From positions 1-59,428 of IMG/VR virus record IMGVR_UViG_2866649352_000001: 59,428 nucleotides of DNA. The stretch is one strand, 5' to 3'. Position numbers and translations under genes: made by a program. The DNA comes from a virus. Shown here one piece after another: positions 24,619 through 35,184 of the stretch; the stretch's first letter is position 1; each line of letters begins with the position of its first letter. The notes under the pieces are model-generated. The model made no database searches, was not told the DNA's origin, and saw nothing but the letters and a program-made list of their open reading frames with translations.

Positions 24619-27600
24619 TTATGCTGCATAAAGCGCGTCCGCGTAGGAAAGCGCTGTGACAATCGTCTTTTCAGTGGGCACATACGGCGCCGCATCGACC
24701 TGGACGTTGTAGGTCGGTCCGCTGTCCGATTCGGTACGAGTCGAGATGCGCATCAGCTCACGGAGCTGGTTGTCCGCGCCGCGCTTCCACGCGGTGAAGA
24801 ACGCGCTTCCGGACTCATCGGTCGCCGCTGCCATTGGCTGGAACTCCGCCGTTACCGGCTCCGACAGAGCGGTGAACGTGGTGAAGTTCTGAGGCACGAA
24901 GTTCTGCGGAACGAGGTTGTTCGGCGCAGGCACATTCTGTGTCTGGACATTCACACGAGCGGTGACGGTTGTGTTCAGCCGGCGAAGCTGCGCGAGCATT
25001 CGCTCAACCGAGCTTCGGACCGACGATTCCGCCTGACTCATGGACGAGCGGATGGAGGCTACAAAGGCCGTCAGTCGCCCGTAGGCGGCCGACCTACTTA
25101 CCAGGCTCCGAAGAGTGGCAAGCATGTTGTTCGTCCAGTCACGGACGGACTGAGCGGCTAGAACCATGTATCCCGAGACTCGTCCCGCGAATACCGAGAA
25201 CTGCCCACCCGTCTGGCCTGCGGAGGCCGATAGTCCCGAGAGCTGCATGGAGGCGTTGTTAGCCGAAGCTCCTGCTCGGTTGAGGGAGGTGGCTAGTCCA
25301 CTGCTTCCGGCATTGAGACGAACGACAGCGCTAGCGGCCCTGCTGGCGTTTCCAGCCACCTGGCCCATCTGCCAGCCCGCCCAGGCGGCCTGTGCGCCGA
25401 CCCTGTTCAGGATCCAGTTGAGCCAGTTGGCCTGCGCGTTGAACTGCTGGACGAAGCCGGTCATCAGAGCAACTTGCCCGCCAAGAATCTGCATTGGGGT
25501 GTTCAGCCCGACGATTTCATTGCTGAGTAGCCGGAACTGCTGGACAGCTCCCTGCACACCCTGGGCGACCTTCTGGCGGAACACTTCCATGCCCTGCCAG
25601 GTCTGGAATGCAGCCGTGGAGCTGAGAAGAGTCTTCTGCATTTCCGTTGGCAGCTTCGCGAATGACGCGGCGATCTTAGGCGTCATCGACGCCATGATCT
25701 GGTTGATCTGCTCCATCTTCGCCTGGAACTGCTCCGGCGTGCGGGACTCCTCCATGGCGGCCTGAACAATGCCAGGCAGCCGGCCGAAGTTCTGCTGGAA
25801 TGCCTCGACGGCCTGAGCCGACTTGAGCTGAGAGCTGTTAACCAGCAGGCCGAGCTGCTCGTCGATCTTCTTGATGACAGAATCATCGACGTTGACGCCT
25901 TCAGCCTTTAGGGCGGCGATCAGGTTGTTCCGGATCTTCTCGCGGAAACGATCCGAGTCCGCCATCAGCTTGTTCATCTGATTCTTGATGGCGATGAGCG
26001 ATGAGTTACCCGAAGCGTCGATCTGCTTGGAAACCTGATCCCACGACTTCTTCCACTCGCCCGAGACCTTTCCGCCTGCGTCCTCCCACTGCTGACTTAG
26101 TGTGATCAGCTTCTGTCCGAGACCCTTAACGTGGGCGCTCATCTTGTCGTCGGCGAAGGACAGCATGATTCCCAGGCGGTTCTGGTAATTGTTGATGCCC
26201 TTAGAGATGTTGGCAGTGTGCCTACCAACCGATGCGTCGAGCTGGCGGAGACCGATGTTTACTCGGTCGCGAGCCGACTTCTCCTGGCGGACGACCTTCC
26301 GGAACTCATTGACAGAGAGATCGATACCGCTATCGATCGTTCCCGAAAGCTTTTCCCACTCGTTCTTCATGGTGGAGAACGAATTCCCGATAATCCCTGT
26401 GATCTGGGTTCCCCACTTGAGCAGGACACTTCCGAGCTTGATGATTCCAGAAGTGATGTTCGCCAGACCCTGAACGACATCGGGATCGTCCAGCGCGTCG
26501 CCGAGATTGTTAATCGCCTCAGCCAGGGCATCGAAGATTCCCGGCGCCATCTGGGCGAAAGCGGTCGCAATCTTGTGGATGCCAGGAGTGGCATCGCGAA
26601 TGGCATCACCCAGACTCGACGCAGCGAGAGTGAATGTCCGGGAGTTGGTCGAGAAGGTGTCGAACAGTGCCACGAAGGCATTGGTGAAGGACTCGATTAC
26701 CGCAGGCGAGAACGTAGCGAACTCGCCCATCCAACGAGCCAGGGCCGCCTGGATCCGGTCGAGACCGGATACTAGGAAGTTGAACCCGGTAGCGAACGCT
26801 GGAGCGTACTGGGAAAGGTTGCTAGCGAACCCGCCGATGACGGATCCAAGCCCGGCGATTCCCAGCGAGAAGATCCTCATGGAACCGCTGGAGTTCAGCC
26901 TGTCGAGAGCCGCGTTCACTCCTGCTAGGGAGTTGAGCGCGAAATCCTTCAGACCAGAACGCAGCGGACGCAGGGCCTTAGCCGACTGATCGAAGGCTGA
27001 CGAGAGCTGCTTGTAGAGGGGCGTGCCCTTCTTCAGGTTCCTGTTCAGCCCTACAATCGAATCGGAGAAGAGATCGACCAGCGGCTGCGCTACGGTCAGC
27101 AGCGTGCTACGGAGGGTCTTTCCCAGCTCCGCGAACTGCTTCTTGACCTTGTCGTTCTCATCTCCCATGGAGATGAGGGCTGCTGTGACACCAGCGAAGA
27201 TCGCTGGAAGCGCGAGAAGCGCGGCAGCGCCTACAACCACGGAACCGATAGCGGCAACGGCACCAATAGCGGCGACGATCAGGGCGCCGAGCGTGTTGAT
27301 TACCGCAACGAGAATTCCGACGACCACACCAATGGCCAGTAGCGAAGCTACGACCTGGGCGATCACGGTGGCGAGGTTGCCCATCCTGCCTGTGGTGCCG
27401 CCGACAGCGCTGGCTAGGTTGCCGAAGACTCGCTGTCCGAGATTTCCGAACTGGCCCATGGCGCTGAACGCAAGAGAGATTCCCCTGAGGACTCCCGCGA
27501 GGGCGGCACGGGCGACATTTCCGACACCAGAGAAGACGTTTCCGAAGAGACGTCCGAGACGGCCTAGCCGGTCCCTATCGACATCGACCTCAACCTCGAT

Positions 27601-28578
27601 GCGGTGATTCCGCATCCGGAGCATCTCGAAGACGCGGTTGATGCGGTCGTAATCAATGTCAACATCGACGTCCAGGCGCTCACGACGGATACGAGCCAGC
27701 TCCCGACGAAGCAGGCCGATCTTCCGGTAGAAGTTCTCCGTCTCAAGCTCAACCTCGACGGGAATCGGGCGACCGAGCTTGCGATACTCACGCTCCAGGA
27801 CACGGAAGCCCTGCCGAAGCCGCCTTTGCAGCTCGTTCTCACGAGCAAGCCTGTCCCTGTCGGTCTGCTCCTGGATCCTCCGTGCCTCGCGGAGGCTCTG
27901 GATCAGGTCGAAATTCCGCCTCAGCTCCTGGCCGGCCTCCTTGAAGTCCCTGCCAAGAGATCCGATCCACCTGCGGATGTCGCGGATGTTCCGAGGATCG
28001 ACCTCGACCTCGACGAGGATCTCGTTGTTGCGGCCGAGGGCCCGCAGCTTGGTGCGAAGGTTCTTATCGTCGAAGTCCAGGTTGATTCGCTGGATTCGAC
28101 TGCGGTCTAGGTCAGCAAGTCGGTTGAGGGCCTCATCCCCGATGAAGCGGTACCGGATCTTGGCAGTCCGGTTTCGAGCCACCCGATTCAGCGCTGCCTC
28201 AGCCCGGCCTGTATCCGCATCGGCCTGAACGTTCGTCTCGCGAGGACGAGAAAGGGCGTCTAGCTTCGCCTCAACCTCACCGAGGTTGAGGTTGACCTTC
28301 ATGTCGAGCTGCTTGTTGCGCTTCTGAGCGACGAACCTGTTGAGCTTGGTCTGCGCAGCGCGCGTGTCCAGCTCGACGCGCATCTTCAGATTGCGGAAGC
28401 GCTTCTGAAGCTTCTTGAGCTTCGTCTCAGCGGCACGGGTATCAAGCTCGACTCGCATGTCGATGTCGCGCTTGTCGTACTTCTTGAGGAGCTTCTCTAC
28501 TTCACGGGTGAAGCCATCGGTATCCGGGACGACCTTGATGTTGATACGGCCGTGTTCGCTACCGCCGGGTCCGGCCAT
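24619..28578 (-). CDS. Tape measure protein (1319 aa)
   Basis: Longest ORF; N-terminal repeated coiled-coil (KLKKLQKRFRNLKMRVELDTRAA x2), a central hydrophobic block, and an Ala/Ser/Gln-rich helical remainder. Confidence 0.9.
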   Translation of the reverse strand: MAGPGGSEHGRINIKVVPDTDGFTREVEKLLKKYDKRDIDMRVELDTRAAETKLKKLQKRFRNLKMRVELDTRAAQTKLNRFVAQKRNKQLDMKVNLNLGEVEAKLDALSRPRETNVQADADTGRAEAALNRVARNRTAKIRYRFIGDEALNRLADLDRSRIQRINLDFDDKNLRTKLRALGRNNEILVEVEVDPRNIRDIRRWIGSLGRDFKEAGQELRRNFDLIQSLREARRIQEQTDRDRLARENELQRRLRQGFRVLEREYRKLGRPIPVEVELETENFYRKIGLLRRELARIRRERLDVDVDIDYDRINRVFEMLRMRNHRIEVEVDVDRDRLGRLGRLFGNVFSGVGNVARAALAGVLRGISLAFSAMGQFGNLGQRVFGNLASAVGGTTGRMGNLATVIAQVVASLLAIGVVVGILVAVINTLGALIVAAIGAVAAIGSVVVGAAALLALPAIFAGVTAALISMGDENDKVKKQFAELGKTLRSTLLTVAQPLVDLFSDSIVGLNRNLKKGTPLYKQLSSAFDQSAKALRPLRSGLKDFALNSLAGVNAALDRLNSSGSMRIFSLGIAGLGSVIGGFASNLSQYAPAFATGFNFLVSGLDRIQAALARWMGEFATFSPAVIESFTNAFVALFDTFSTNSRTFTLAASSLGDAIRDATPGIHKIATAFAQMAPGIFDALAEAINNLGDALDDPDVVQGLANITSGIIKLGSVLLKWGTQITGIIGNSFSTMKNEWEKLSGTIDSGIDLSVNEFRKVVRQEKSARDRVNIGLRQLDASVGRHTANISKGINNYQNRLGIMLSFADDKMSAHVKGLGQKLITLSQQWEDAGGKVSGEWKKSWDQVSKQIDASGNSSLIAIKNQMNKLMADSDRFREKIRNNLIAALKAEGVNVDDSVIKKIDEQLGLLVNSSQLKSAQAVEAFQQNFGRLPGIVQAAMEESRTPEQFQAKMEQINQIMASMTPKIAASFAKLPTEMQKTLLSSTAAFQTWQGMEVFRQKVAQGVQGAVQQFRLLSNEIVGLNTPMQILGGQVALMTGFVQQFNAQANWLNWILNRVGAQAAWAGWQMGQVAGNASRAASAVVRLNAGSSGLATSLNRAGASANNASMQLSGLSASAGQTGGQFSVFAGRVSGYMVLAAQSVRDWTNNMLATLRSLVSRSAAYGRLTAFVASIRSSMSQAESSVRSSVERMLAQLRRLNTTVTARVNVQTQNVPAPNNLVPQNFVPQNFTTFTALSEPVTAEFQPMAAATDESGSAFFTAWKRGADNQLRELMRISTRTESDSGPTYNVQVDAAPYVPTEKTIVTALSYADALYAA

Positions 28579-28594
28579 GGGGCGTCCTCCCTAT

Positions 28595-29367
28595 CTAGTT
28601 CTTGGGGGCAGGGATGACAGCTCCGGGGCCGATTTCCTGCTTCTCTAGTGGCTCTCCTCTAAGCGCAGCCAGCAGTGGGTTAGGCAGGCGGTTCTCGTCC
28701 TGCTTGCGCTTTGCATCGCCGGGCCTTGGGAATGGCTCGGGCTTCTTAGGTGTCTTCTTGCTGTTGACCGTGACGAAGTACCAGGACAGAACCTGAATGG
28801 CGTCGATGACGCTCGCCAGCATTTCCGAGTTCCGGTTCCATCCGATCCACTCGGCACCGCCCCTCAGGGCGGTCATGAACGAGGACTCCGGTGGGAGGTG
28901 CTCCAAGAGGGCGAGGCAATAGCGCGGAGAAAGCTTGCCTGTCACCAGGTCGTGAATGTCGATCCGGTGATACCTGGAAAGGTCAGAAGCTATCTCCGCG
29001 CCGTACTCGTCGATCAGCTCTCGGAGTCGGAGGCTTCCCCCGCCTCCGGGTCACTCTCCAGCCATGCCTCAAGAATGCGAACTCGGACCGTAGGAGGCAG
29101 ATCCTTAACGGACGCGTCCCACTCCGTCTTCTTGTCAGCAGCGGCCTTCATGATGCGGTCGATCGCATCGACTCGCTTCTCGAAATCCGAGTCCTCGTCG
29201 GTGACGGTCGGTAGAAGCGCGTTCACAACCTTGGTCTCGGCATCGTTCAGCAGGTTGATCGGGCGAAGAAGGATGTTCTTCCCATTCTTCCCGACGAACG
29301 TCAGACCCTTTTCCTGGTACTCCCTCTCCAGGTCCGCTACCAGGTCGTCGTACTTTAGAGTAGCCAT
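28595..29367 (-). CDS. Tail assembly chaperone, long form via -1 programmed frameshift (GT-like)
   Basis: The -1 frame is open from the GGGGGAA run (29035-29041) straight into ORF 28595..28945 (...GSLRLRELIDEYGAEIASDLSRYHRIDIHDLVTGKLSPRYCLALLEH...). Confidence 0.65.
29014..29367 (-). CDS. Tail assembly chaperone, short form (G-like)
   Basis: Lies between the major tail and tape measure genes. Start taken at MATLKYDD; the upstream TTG would require a rare TTA codon. Confidence 0.7.
   Translation of the reverse strand: MATLKYDDLVADLEREYQEKGLTFVGKNGKNILLRPINLLNDAETKVVNALLPTVTDEDSDFEKRVDAIDRIMKAAADKKTEWDASVKDLPPTVRVRILEAWLESDPEAGEASDSES
29035..29041 (-). promoter_or_regulatory. Putative -1 frameshift slippery run
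   Basis: Minus-strand GCG-GGG-GAA (G5AA), 7 codons before the G stop. Confidence 0.5.
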
Positions 29368-29476
29368 TTGTAAGTCCAATCGAGTAGGTGTGTGGGTTTG
29401 AAAAACCCCCCGAGCGCGCCACCCACTGAGCGCGCCCGAGGGGCAGTCGTTTTGAACCGATCAGTTCAAAATCAGA

Positions 29477-30097
29477 TCAAGAAAGAGAGATGCGCTGGCT
29501 GATCTCGCCCTGGCCCGCTACGCCAGTGCCGTAGGTCTGAGCGCCGAGAATGGTCGCCCGGACAGGCATCTCCGACAGGGCCGCAGGGTCATAGGTGATG
29601 GAGTCAGCACCGATGATGGAAACCTTCTTGAAGTGCTGGGAAACCAGGTGCTGGCCGTCCACGGCCAGGACCAGCAGGGCCTTTTCCTGCGCCACTGGCG
29701 AGTCAGGAATAACGAAGGACTGGTCTGGCGCCACGCCAATGACGGTTCCGCCGCCGTAGTAGAGCTGGTATGTCTCTAGCGTGAAGGAAGCGAGATTGAT
29801 CGTTACCGAGTAGGTGCGAGTCGGGTTTGTGGTGCGGAGGTTGGCTGTCTGCCAAGTTCCCAGGGTCTCTGGGTCGTCACCATCGGAGGTGAACTCAAGG
29901 CCATTCTCAAGCGAGGTGTGGCCTACGGCCTTCCACAGTGGAGTGGAAGGCGGACCCGGATCCTGCATCTCCGCGCCCCAAGTAGTGGGGTCGGTGTAGT
30001 CGAAACCAGTGTCGATGGTCGGCTTCGCGGTTCCAACGTTGGCGACATAGACGTAACCGGTCGCCGGGTTCATAGCGTTATCGGGCAGAACTGCCAT
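29477..30097 (-). CDS. Major tail protein (206 aa)
   Basis: Position upstream of the chaperones; size and composition are typical. Confidence 0.75.
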   Translation of the reverse strand: MAVLPDNAMNPATGYVYVANVGTAKPTIDTGFDYTDPTTWGAEMQDPGPPSTPLWKAVGHTSLENGLEFTSDGDDPETLGTWQTANLRTTNPTRTYSVTINLASFTLETYQLYYGGGTVIGVAPDQSFVIPDSPVAQEKALLVLAVDGQHLVSQHFKKVSIIGADSITYDPAALSEMPVRATILGAQTYGTGVAGQGEISQRISLS

Positions 30098-30110
30098 TAA
30101 CGCTCTCCTT

Positions 30111-30563
30111 TCAAGGAAGAAGCGGTGCGGAGGTAAGCCGGAACATGCCCTCGTAAAGGACCGAATCCGGGTGCTTACTCGTCAGGCCCTCGTACTGGTA
30201 TCCAAGGGGGCTGAGTTCTCGCACCTTCGTAAGGACCCCCGGCGTGGTTGCAGCGGGGACGTTTTGGTTTGTGTACCTATTGAGGCAGGCCGTCTTGAGG
30301 GCCTTCTCGACATGCCGAATGGCTGTGTTTCCGGATGCCTGGTCAAGGGCGTAGACCTTGACAACTACGTCACGGACTTGGAGACGGACGGAGTTGACAG
30401 GTGCGCCGCCGTTCCACTTCACAGTGATGAACGGCATCAAATCCGCCCAGTCGAGGGGCGGCTTGACGAATACCCGAGTCGCAATCTCCGGTGGAACGTA
30501 TTCGAGTAGCGCGTCCTGGACCAGACGGTCAATGTCAGGCATTAGGGGGACGTCAGTGATCAA
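30111..30563 (-). CDS. Tail terminator / head-tail joining protein (150 aa)
   Basis: Synteny between the HK97 gp10-like gene and the major tail gene. Confidence 0.55.
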   Translation of the reverse strand: MITDVPLMPDIDRLVQDALLEYVPPEIATRVFVKPPLDWADLMPFITVKWNGGAPVNSVRLQVRDVVVKVYALDQASGNTAIRHVEKALKTACLNRYTNQNVPAATTPGVLTKVRELSPLGYQYEGLTSKHPDSVLYEGMFRLTSAPLLP

Positions 30564-30865
30564 AGGATCTCCCTTAGTAGGTGAATTCCCTCGACACGCT
30601 CGCTGGTCTCACGACCCCACAGCACCTTGAAGTGACCGAACTCAAGAGGAACCGAATACCCGGCCGTAGCCGAAACCCAGTAGTCCTTGTCATTGGCACG
30701 GCGGACGTTGATGCTTCCGATGAAATTTCCGCTGTCCACGTGGCCCCCGGCCACAGCAGCGGCAATCCACTTAGCCTTGAACTCCTCGGCGGTCGCTCGA
30801 ACCGCCTGGTTGACGACAGGCATTCCGGCTACGTATTCATCGTCGATGTAGAGTTCGTAGCTCAT
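30560..30865 (-). CDS. HK97 gp10-like tail completion/neck protein (101 aa)
   Basis: MSYELYIDDEY...; ATGA overlap with the upstream stop; the C-terminal ...GYSVPLEFGH... resembles the gp10 family. Confidence 0.55.
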   Translation of the reverse strand: MSYELYIDDEYVAGMPVVNQAVRATAEEFKAKWIAAAVAGGHVDSGNFIGSINVRRANDKDYWVSATAGYSVPLEFGHFKVLWGRETSERVEGIHLLREIL

Positions 30866-31260
30866 ACATCTCCCCGTAGCTCGATGGTTGCCTTCCAGAA
30901 CTGATTGCGCTTCCAGATCCAAAGCTCGGGCTGGTCCACAACGGTCCATTCCCTGCCGCGCACTTCAACGCGCGTCCACCGGTCGAACCGAAGGGACGGG
31001 TCGTACTTGACGTAAAGGAACATTCGCGCCACTTCAGCGAAGCCCTGCTCCTGGTACCTCTGATTCAGAGCCCAGCCAGCACCCGAGAAAGAAGCGGGGA
31101 TTGGAATGCCCTTGACGGTGACTGGAGCGCCCTCAGGCGGTTCATAAGCGCCGTTAGGAAGTCGTGCGGCCTTACCGGGCTTCTGGCCTCGGTAGCCGTC
31201 GTCGAGAAGGACGAGGGGCCAAATGACGATGTCCTCGGTGGCCCTGTCTAGGAGTGCCAT
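30862..31260 (-). CDS. Head closure / head-tail adaptor protein (132 aa)
   Basis: Synteny. Confidence 0.5.
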   Translation of the reverse strand: MALLDRATEDIVIWPLVLLDDGYRGQKPGKAARLPNGAYEPPEGAPVTVKGIPIPASFSGAGWALNQRYQEQGFAEVARMFLYVKYDPSLRFDRWTRVEVRGREWTVVDQPELWIWKRNQFWKATIELRGDV

Positions 31261-31268
31261 GGGACCCC

Positions 31269-31925
31269 CTAGACCTGGTAGTTCGTGTAGAGGGCGCGCG
31301 TCCAGGGTGAGGTGTCGTCGTCATAGCGCCAGCGAGCCCGCCACTTGTAGTGACCGGACACAGAGGGAGCCGGGTAGATGACCCGCCATGCGGGGTAGCC
31401 GCCGTCAGAGATGTCGAGCGACTCAACGAAGACGTGGTCAGCCCAGGTCCACCCATCGGGGGACGTCTGGAACTGGACGAGGCCCTCTTCGAGCGTGCGG
31501 CCGAGGATGATGATGTTGTCCGGCCAGTGGACGAGGTCTGAGACCTCGAAGTAGGGCTCGGGCAGGGCCGGGCCGCGAAGCGGAGAGACCAGGCGGAGAC
31601 TGGACGCACGAGGTGTGGTCCACCTCAGGTAGGCGTCGAGCGCTGCCAGGGAGCTGGCCGAGAGGATCTCGTTGGTGCCGACGAATCCGGTTCCCAGGTC
31701 GCCGATCCGCTCGTCATCGATACCGGGATCGACGTTGAGCATCCTCCGGACCTCGATCAGGGCAACAGCCTTGATGGCTCCGGGAACGGGATCGGTGAAG
31801 GTGCGTCGGCAATACGCCTCGATCGAGTCGGAGACGTTCTGAATGAAGGACTCGACACGCGTTAGGGCATCGCCGGTATAGGTCTGTCCGGTCTGGACGC
31901 TGACTTCAGCAGCAGTGATTAGCAT
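31269..31925 (-). CDS. Head-tail connector (gp6-like N-terminus) with extended C-terminal domain (218 aa)
   Basis: MLITAAEVSVQTGQTYTGDALTRVESFIQNVSDSIEAYCRRTF is gp6-like. Confidence 0.6.
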   Translation of the reverse strand: MLITAAEVSVQTGQTYTGDALTRVESFIQNVSDSIEAYCRRTFTDPVPGAIKAVALIEVRRMLNVDPGIDDERIGDLGTGFVGTNEILSASSLAALDAYLRWTTPRASSLRLVSPLRGPALPEPYFEVSDLVHWPDNIIILGRTLEEGLVQFQTSPDGWTWADHVFVESLDISDGGYPAWRVIYPAPSVSGHYKWRARWRYDDDTSPWTRALYTNYQV

Positions 31926-31985
31926 TGGGAACTCCCCAGATAGCGGGGAGGGACCCCTCGAAAGGGGTCCCGTCCCAAAGTCGAA

Positions 31986-33038
31986 TCAGGCAGCCGGCGG
32001 AACGATCTCGGTACGAGTCGCCACAACCATCTGCTCGGTACGGATCGCCTTGGCGTCGTAGACCAGGCGCGACTTCACGGCCGAGGTGAAGTCCTCCTGC
32101 GGCTGGTACGCCTGCATCTCTGCAAGAGGCAGAACCATCGAAATGGCGTTGGTCGAACCCATCACCATGGAGAACTTCGCCGCGCCAGTGTGAAGCGGCT
32201 GAACCAGCTTCTTGGTACGGACCGAGGAAGTGTTCTCAAGGGTGTTGGAGACCATGACCGGCACGCCAAGGATCTGGCCGATAGCGCCAGTAGGCATCAC
32301 GGCCCCGCCACCCCAGTGAGCGGCGTCGATGAACGCTTCTGTCTTCAGCAGCTCGGCGCGAACCGAAGGCGCGATGATCAGGTAACGGTCCTGTGGAGCG
32401 TGGTTGAGGTCCAGCTCCGTCAGCATGTCCACGATCGTTGTGTAGATCGCGTTAGCAGTTCCCGGAATGACCTTCTGCGCAATCGAGCCGTGCAGAGCAG
32501 GGATTGCATTGAAGTCCGCCAGGACGGTCGGAACGACGGCCGAAGGGCTGGCGTTGAGGTCCTTTCCAAGGACCGCGGCCTGGATGGTCTGCGCCACTAG
32601 CGCGTCGATCGCGTACGCAGTCTTACGAGCACGCTGGGAAACCAGGTTGCTCATCAGGTCGATTCCGGCCTGAGTCTGTAGCTGGTGGAGCGAATCCACG
32701 TGGAAGCGGAACGACGAACCCTTTTGAACCGTCATCTTGATGTACTCAAGAGCGGCCTTGTCCATCTCATTCGAGGCAAACGAATCGTACGCCTGCTTGA
32801 GACCGAAGTCGTTCACGGTGTCAAGGAAGTGGGGGATATGGATTACATCTCCACCGCGCTTGAACTCGCCCTCGTAGTTCCGGTTAGTGATTGTGGCAGA
32901 ACCTAGAACAAGCGACCCCTCAAGGTCGTTTAGAAGCTGGCTCGTCCAAATCTTCGGAATGAAGAGGTTGTTAGTAGTCTGAAGCGGATGCCCAACCGCG
33001 GAATCGGTGTAGACACCACCTGTAAAGGCTTCAGCCAT
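31986..33038 (-). CDS. Major capsid protein (350 aa)
   Basis: Position after the scaffold gene; strong RBS AAAGGAGA; size is typical. Confidence 0.8.
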   Translation of the reverse strand: MAEAFTGGVYTDSAVGHPLQTTNNLFIPKIWTSQLLNDLEGSLVLGSATITNRNYEGEFKRGGDVIHIPHFLDTVNDFGLKQAYDSFASNEMDKAALEYIKMTVQKGSSFRFHVDSLHQLQTQAGIDLMSNLVSQRARKTAYAIDALVAQTIQAAVLGKDLNASPSAVVPTVLADFNAIPALHGSIAQKVIPGTANAIYTTIVDMLTELDLNHAPQDRYLIIAPSVRAELLKTEAFIDAAHWGGGAVMPTGAIGQILGVPVMVSNTLENTSSVRTKKLVQPLHTGAAKFSMVMGSTNAISMVLPLAEMQAYQPQEDFTSAVKSRLVYDAKAIRTEQMVVATRTEIVPPAA

Positions 33039-33115
33039 AGGTGCGTTTCTCCTTTAAGCGCACACAACAAAGGCCCTACGGGATTCCCGTAGGGCCTCGC
33101 AGTGTTAAGGGGGTC

Positions 33116-33712
33116 TTAGAGCTGTCCCCGCATCAGCGCATCTAGCCGGCCTTCCTCGCGCGCCTTATTGATCTGGGCGGGAGTCATTCGTTCCAGGTCG
33201 GCGTAAGAGAGCTGTCCAGCGTTGCTGTTGCTCTGGGCGCCGATGTTCAGATCGGCTGCTGTCTTCTCAAACTTGCGCTTGCCGCCGGAGAGGGAAGAAA
33301 GAAGTTCAAGGTTGGGCTCACCTTCAGGGGTGAACACCTTGTTGGGGTCTAGGAGGCCAAGGACCTCCTCAGGGACGCCAGCCGTGGCGGCAGCGGCCTT
33401 GAGCTTCAGGCTCTTGACCTCTGCGTCGGACTCAGCCTTCCCGGCCTCTCGTCCACGCTGCTCGGCTTCACGGACCGCCCGCTCCGTCTCGGAAAGGTTG
33501 GCAGTCTCGTAGTCCTGGACCTTCTTCCAAAGGTCCTTCTTCTCGCCCTCTTCCTTGCGCATCAGGGACTTGTACTTTTCACGGTCGTTCTTCAGCTCGG
33601 CAATCTCGGCCAGGGCCTCTTCAAGGGACTGAGGCCCCTTCGGGGCATCGTCCGCCGGCTGGTTGTTAGCCTCTCCCGTAGTAGCCGGGGAAGTAGGCTG
33701 GGTGTCACTCAT
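33116..33712 (-). CDS. Scaffolding protein (198 aa)
   Basis: Charged, coiled-coil Glu/Lys/Ala-rich protein between the portal and capsid genes. Confidence 0.7.
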   Translation of the reverse strand: MSDTQPTSPATTGEANNQPADDAPKGPQSLEEALAEIAELKNDREKYKSLMRKEEGEKKDLWKKVQDYETANLSETERAVREAEQRGREAGKAESDAEVKSLKLKAAAATAGVPEEVLGLLDPNKVFTPEGEPNLELLSSLSGGKRKFEKTAADLNIGAQSNSNAGQLSYADLERMTPAQINKAREEGRLDALMRGQL

Positions 33713-33792
33713 TCAGTTAGCTCCATCTCGGAAAAGGAAACGAACGTAGGCATCTCGCCTACGTTCGTGTTAGTGACTGGTTGCTAGATTGC

Positions 33793-35184
33793 CTAGCGAG
33801 ACGCCTTCTCCTTCTGGCGTTCGGCTGTAGCCGACTTAGGAGACGACGAAGACTTGTTGGCACCATTAGCGCCAGGAGCACCGGGAGTACCCGGAGCAGG
33901 CATTAGCTTGTGCTCTCCGTACTTCTTCTGAAGCTCGAAGTCGCGCTTCATCTCTTCCTCGCGCATCTGATCGAAACGCGCGATGGTCTGAGGCGAGTAG
34001 CCATAGTCCTCCCAAAGCTGACGCTTCGGGATCTCCAGTGTTTCCTTGGCCTTGCCAAGGGCATCCACGAGAGCGGACATCTGACGGTGCTCTGGATCGC
34101 CCCAGATGACTTCGGCATCCCATGCCTCTGCTCGGGCATCGCCCTTCACTTCAAAGGCGAGGCGAAGCGCCTCTTCCCACGACTCACCGAAGTGAAGCAT
34201 TCGCTCTCGTGCCTTAGCTACGAGGCCCGCTTCAGCGGCGGTAATGGACTCACCCGAAGGTGCCTGTCCGCCGTTCAGAAGGAAGTAGTGAAATGGCACA
34301 CGGCTCTGCGAAGCCATGTGCTGGACGAGCATGTCAATGAGCTTGACGTAGTTTCCCAGATCGGCAGCCGAGAACTCGTGGACACCAACGTTCTCGCCAT
34401 CAAAGGCGAGAATCCTGTCAATGTAGGCCTTGAGCATCGCCTGACGCTCTTCATTCGTGTCCTCGAACGGTTCAAGGCCGGTTAGAACACGCTGAGGGAA
34501 CGCAGCAAACTCACTGGCTACGATCGCGTCGGCACTTACCTTGTTGATCGCGTCCTGCACAGGAATGATCCCGGCCAGCTCCGAGAAGGGCTTCTGCTTC
34601 AGCCTCTTGCGGTTGAGGAGGGGAACGATAGGCACGCGGCCTAGGGGGTTACTGGAACCCTGCGGAGTGCCCCAGGTCTCCTTGCCTCGCTCAGAGGTGT
34701 AGACACCATCGGGAAGCCAAAGAGTGGCGTGGACTACGCCCCAGTCATCGGTGAACTCGCGGTAGCCGGCCTCCAGCTTGCGCCTCGAACCGGGCGCATA
34801 CTGGACGGTGACCTCAGTCGCAGACTCAGGGGTGATGACCGGCTCGTCATCGTCGTCGCCCCAGACAATGAGGTAGGACGATCCCTGCACTAGCGCATCG
34901 ATATGCGCCGCGTTCGAGTCGGCGTCGAGGAAGTTCTTCTGCCAAATCTGCTGGGCGTCCTCGTCGGCGGCCTCCTCGGGGCCCATCCGGAAGCCCTGGA
35001 CGACCAGACGCTCACTGATCGAATCGACGATCAGCGAACAGAAGTTGTCCTTGTAATTCCTGAATAGCTCTCCGAAGATTTCCTGAAACTTCTTCTGCGC
35101 ATAGGAAAGGGGCGTGCTCTCCGCATCGTAGTAGTTAGCGAACTTCCTGCCCTGGGCTTCCTGCGTGTGCAGCTTCCCGGACAT
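33793..35184 (-). CDS. Portal protein (463 aa)
   Basis: Size and position immediately after the large terminase. Confidence 0.8.
   Translation of the reverse strand: MSGKLHTQEAQGRKFANYYDAESTPLSYAQKKFQEIFGELFRNYKDNFCSLIVDSISERLVVQGFRMGPEEAADEDAQQIWQKNFLDADSNAAHIDALVQGSSYLIVWGDDDDEPVITPESATEVTVQYAPGSRRKLEAGYREFTDDWGVVHATLWLPDGVYTSERGKETWGTPQGSSNPLGRVPIVPLLNRKRLKQKPFSELAGIIPVQDAINKVSADAIVASEFAAFPQRVLTGLEPFEDTNEERQAMLKAYIDRILAFDGENVGVHEFSAADLGNYVKLIDMLVQHMASQSRVPFHYFLLNGGQAPSGESITAAEAGLVAKARERMLHFGESWEEALRLAFEVKGDARAEAWDAEVIWGDPEHRQMSALVDALGKAKETLEIPKRQLWEDYGYSPQTIARFDQMREEEMKRDFELQKKYGEHKLMPAPGTPGAPGANGANKSSSSPKSATAERQKEKASR

Noticed and set aside
24619-28578. Many long antisense or off-frame ORFs inside the tape measure and other large genes (for example 25166..25765, 26131..26775, 27023..27607, 27604..28110).
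   Set aside because: This is typical high-GC shadow ORF behaviour. The 1319-aa frame is continuous, sits in syntenic position and has tape-measure composition.
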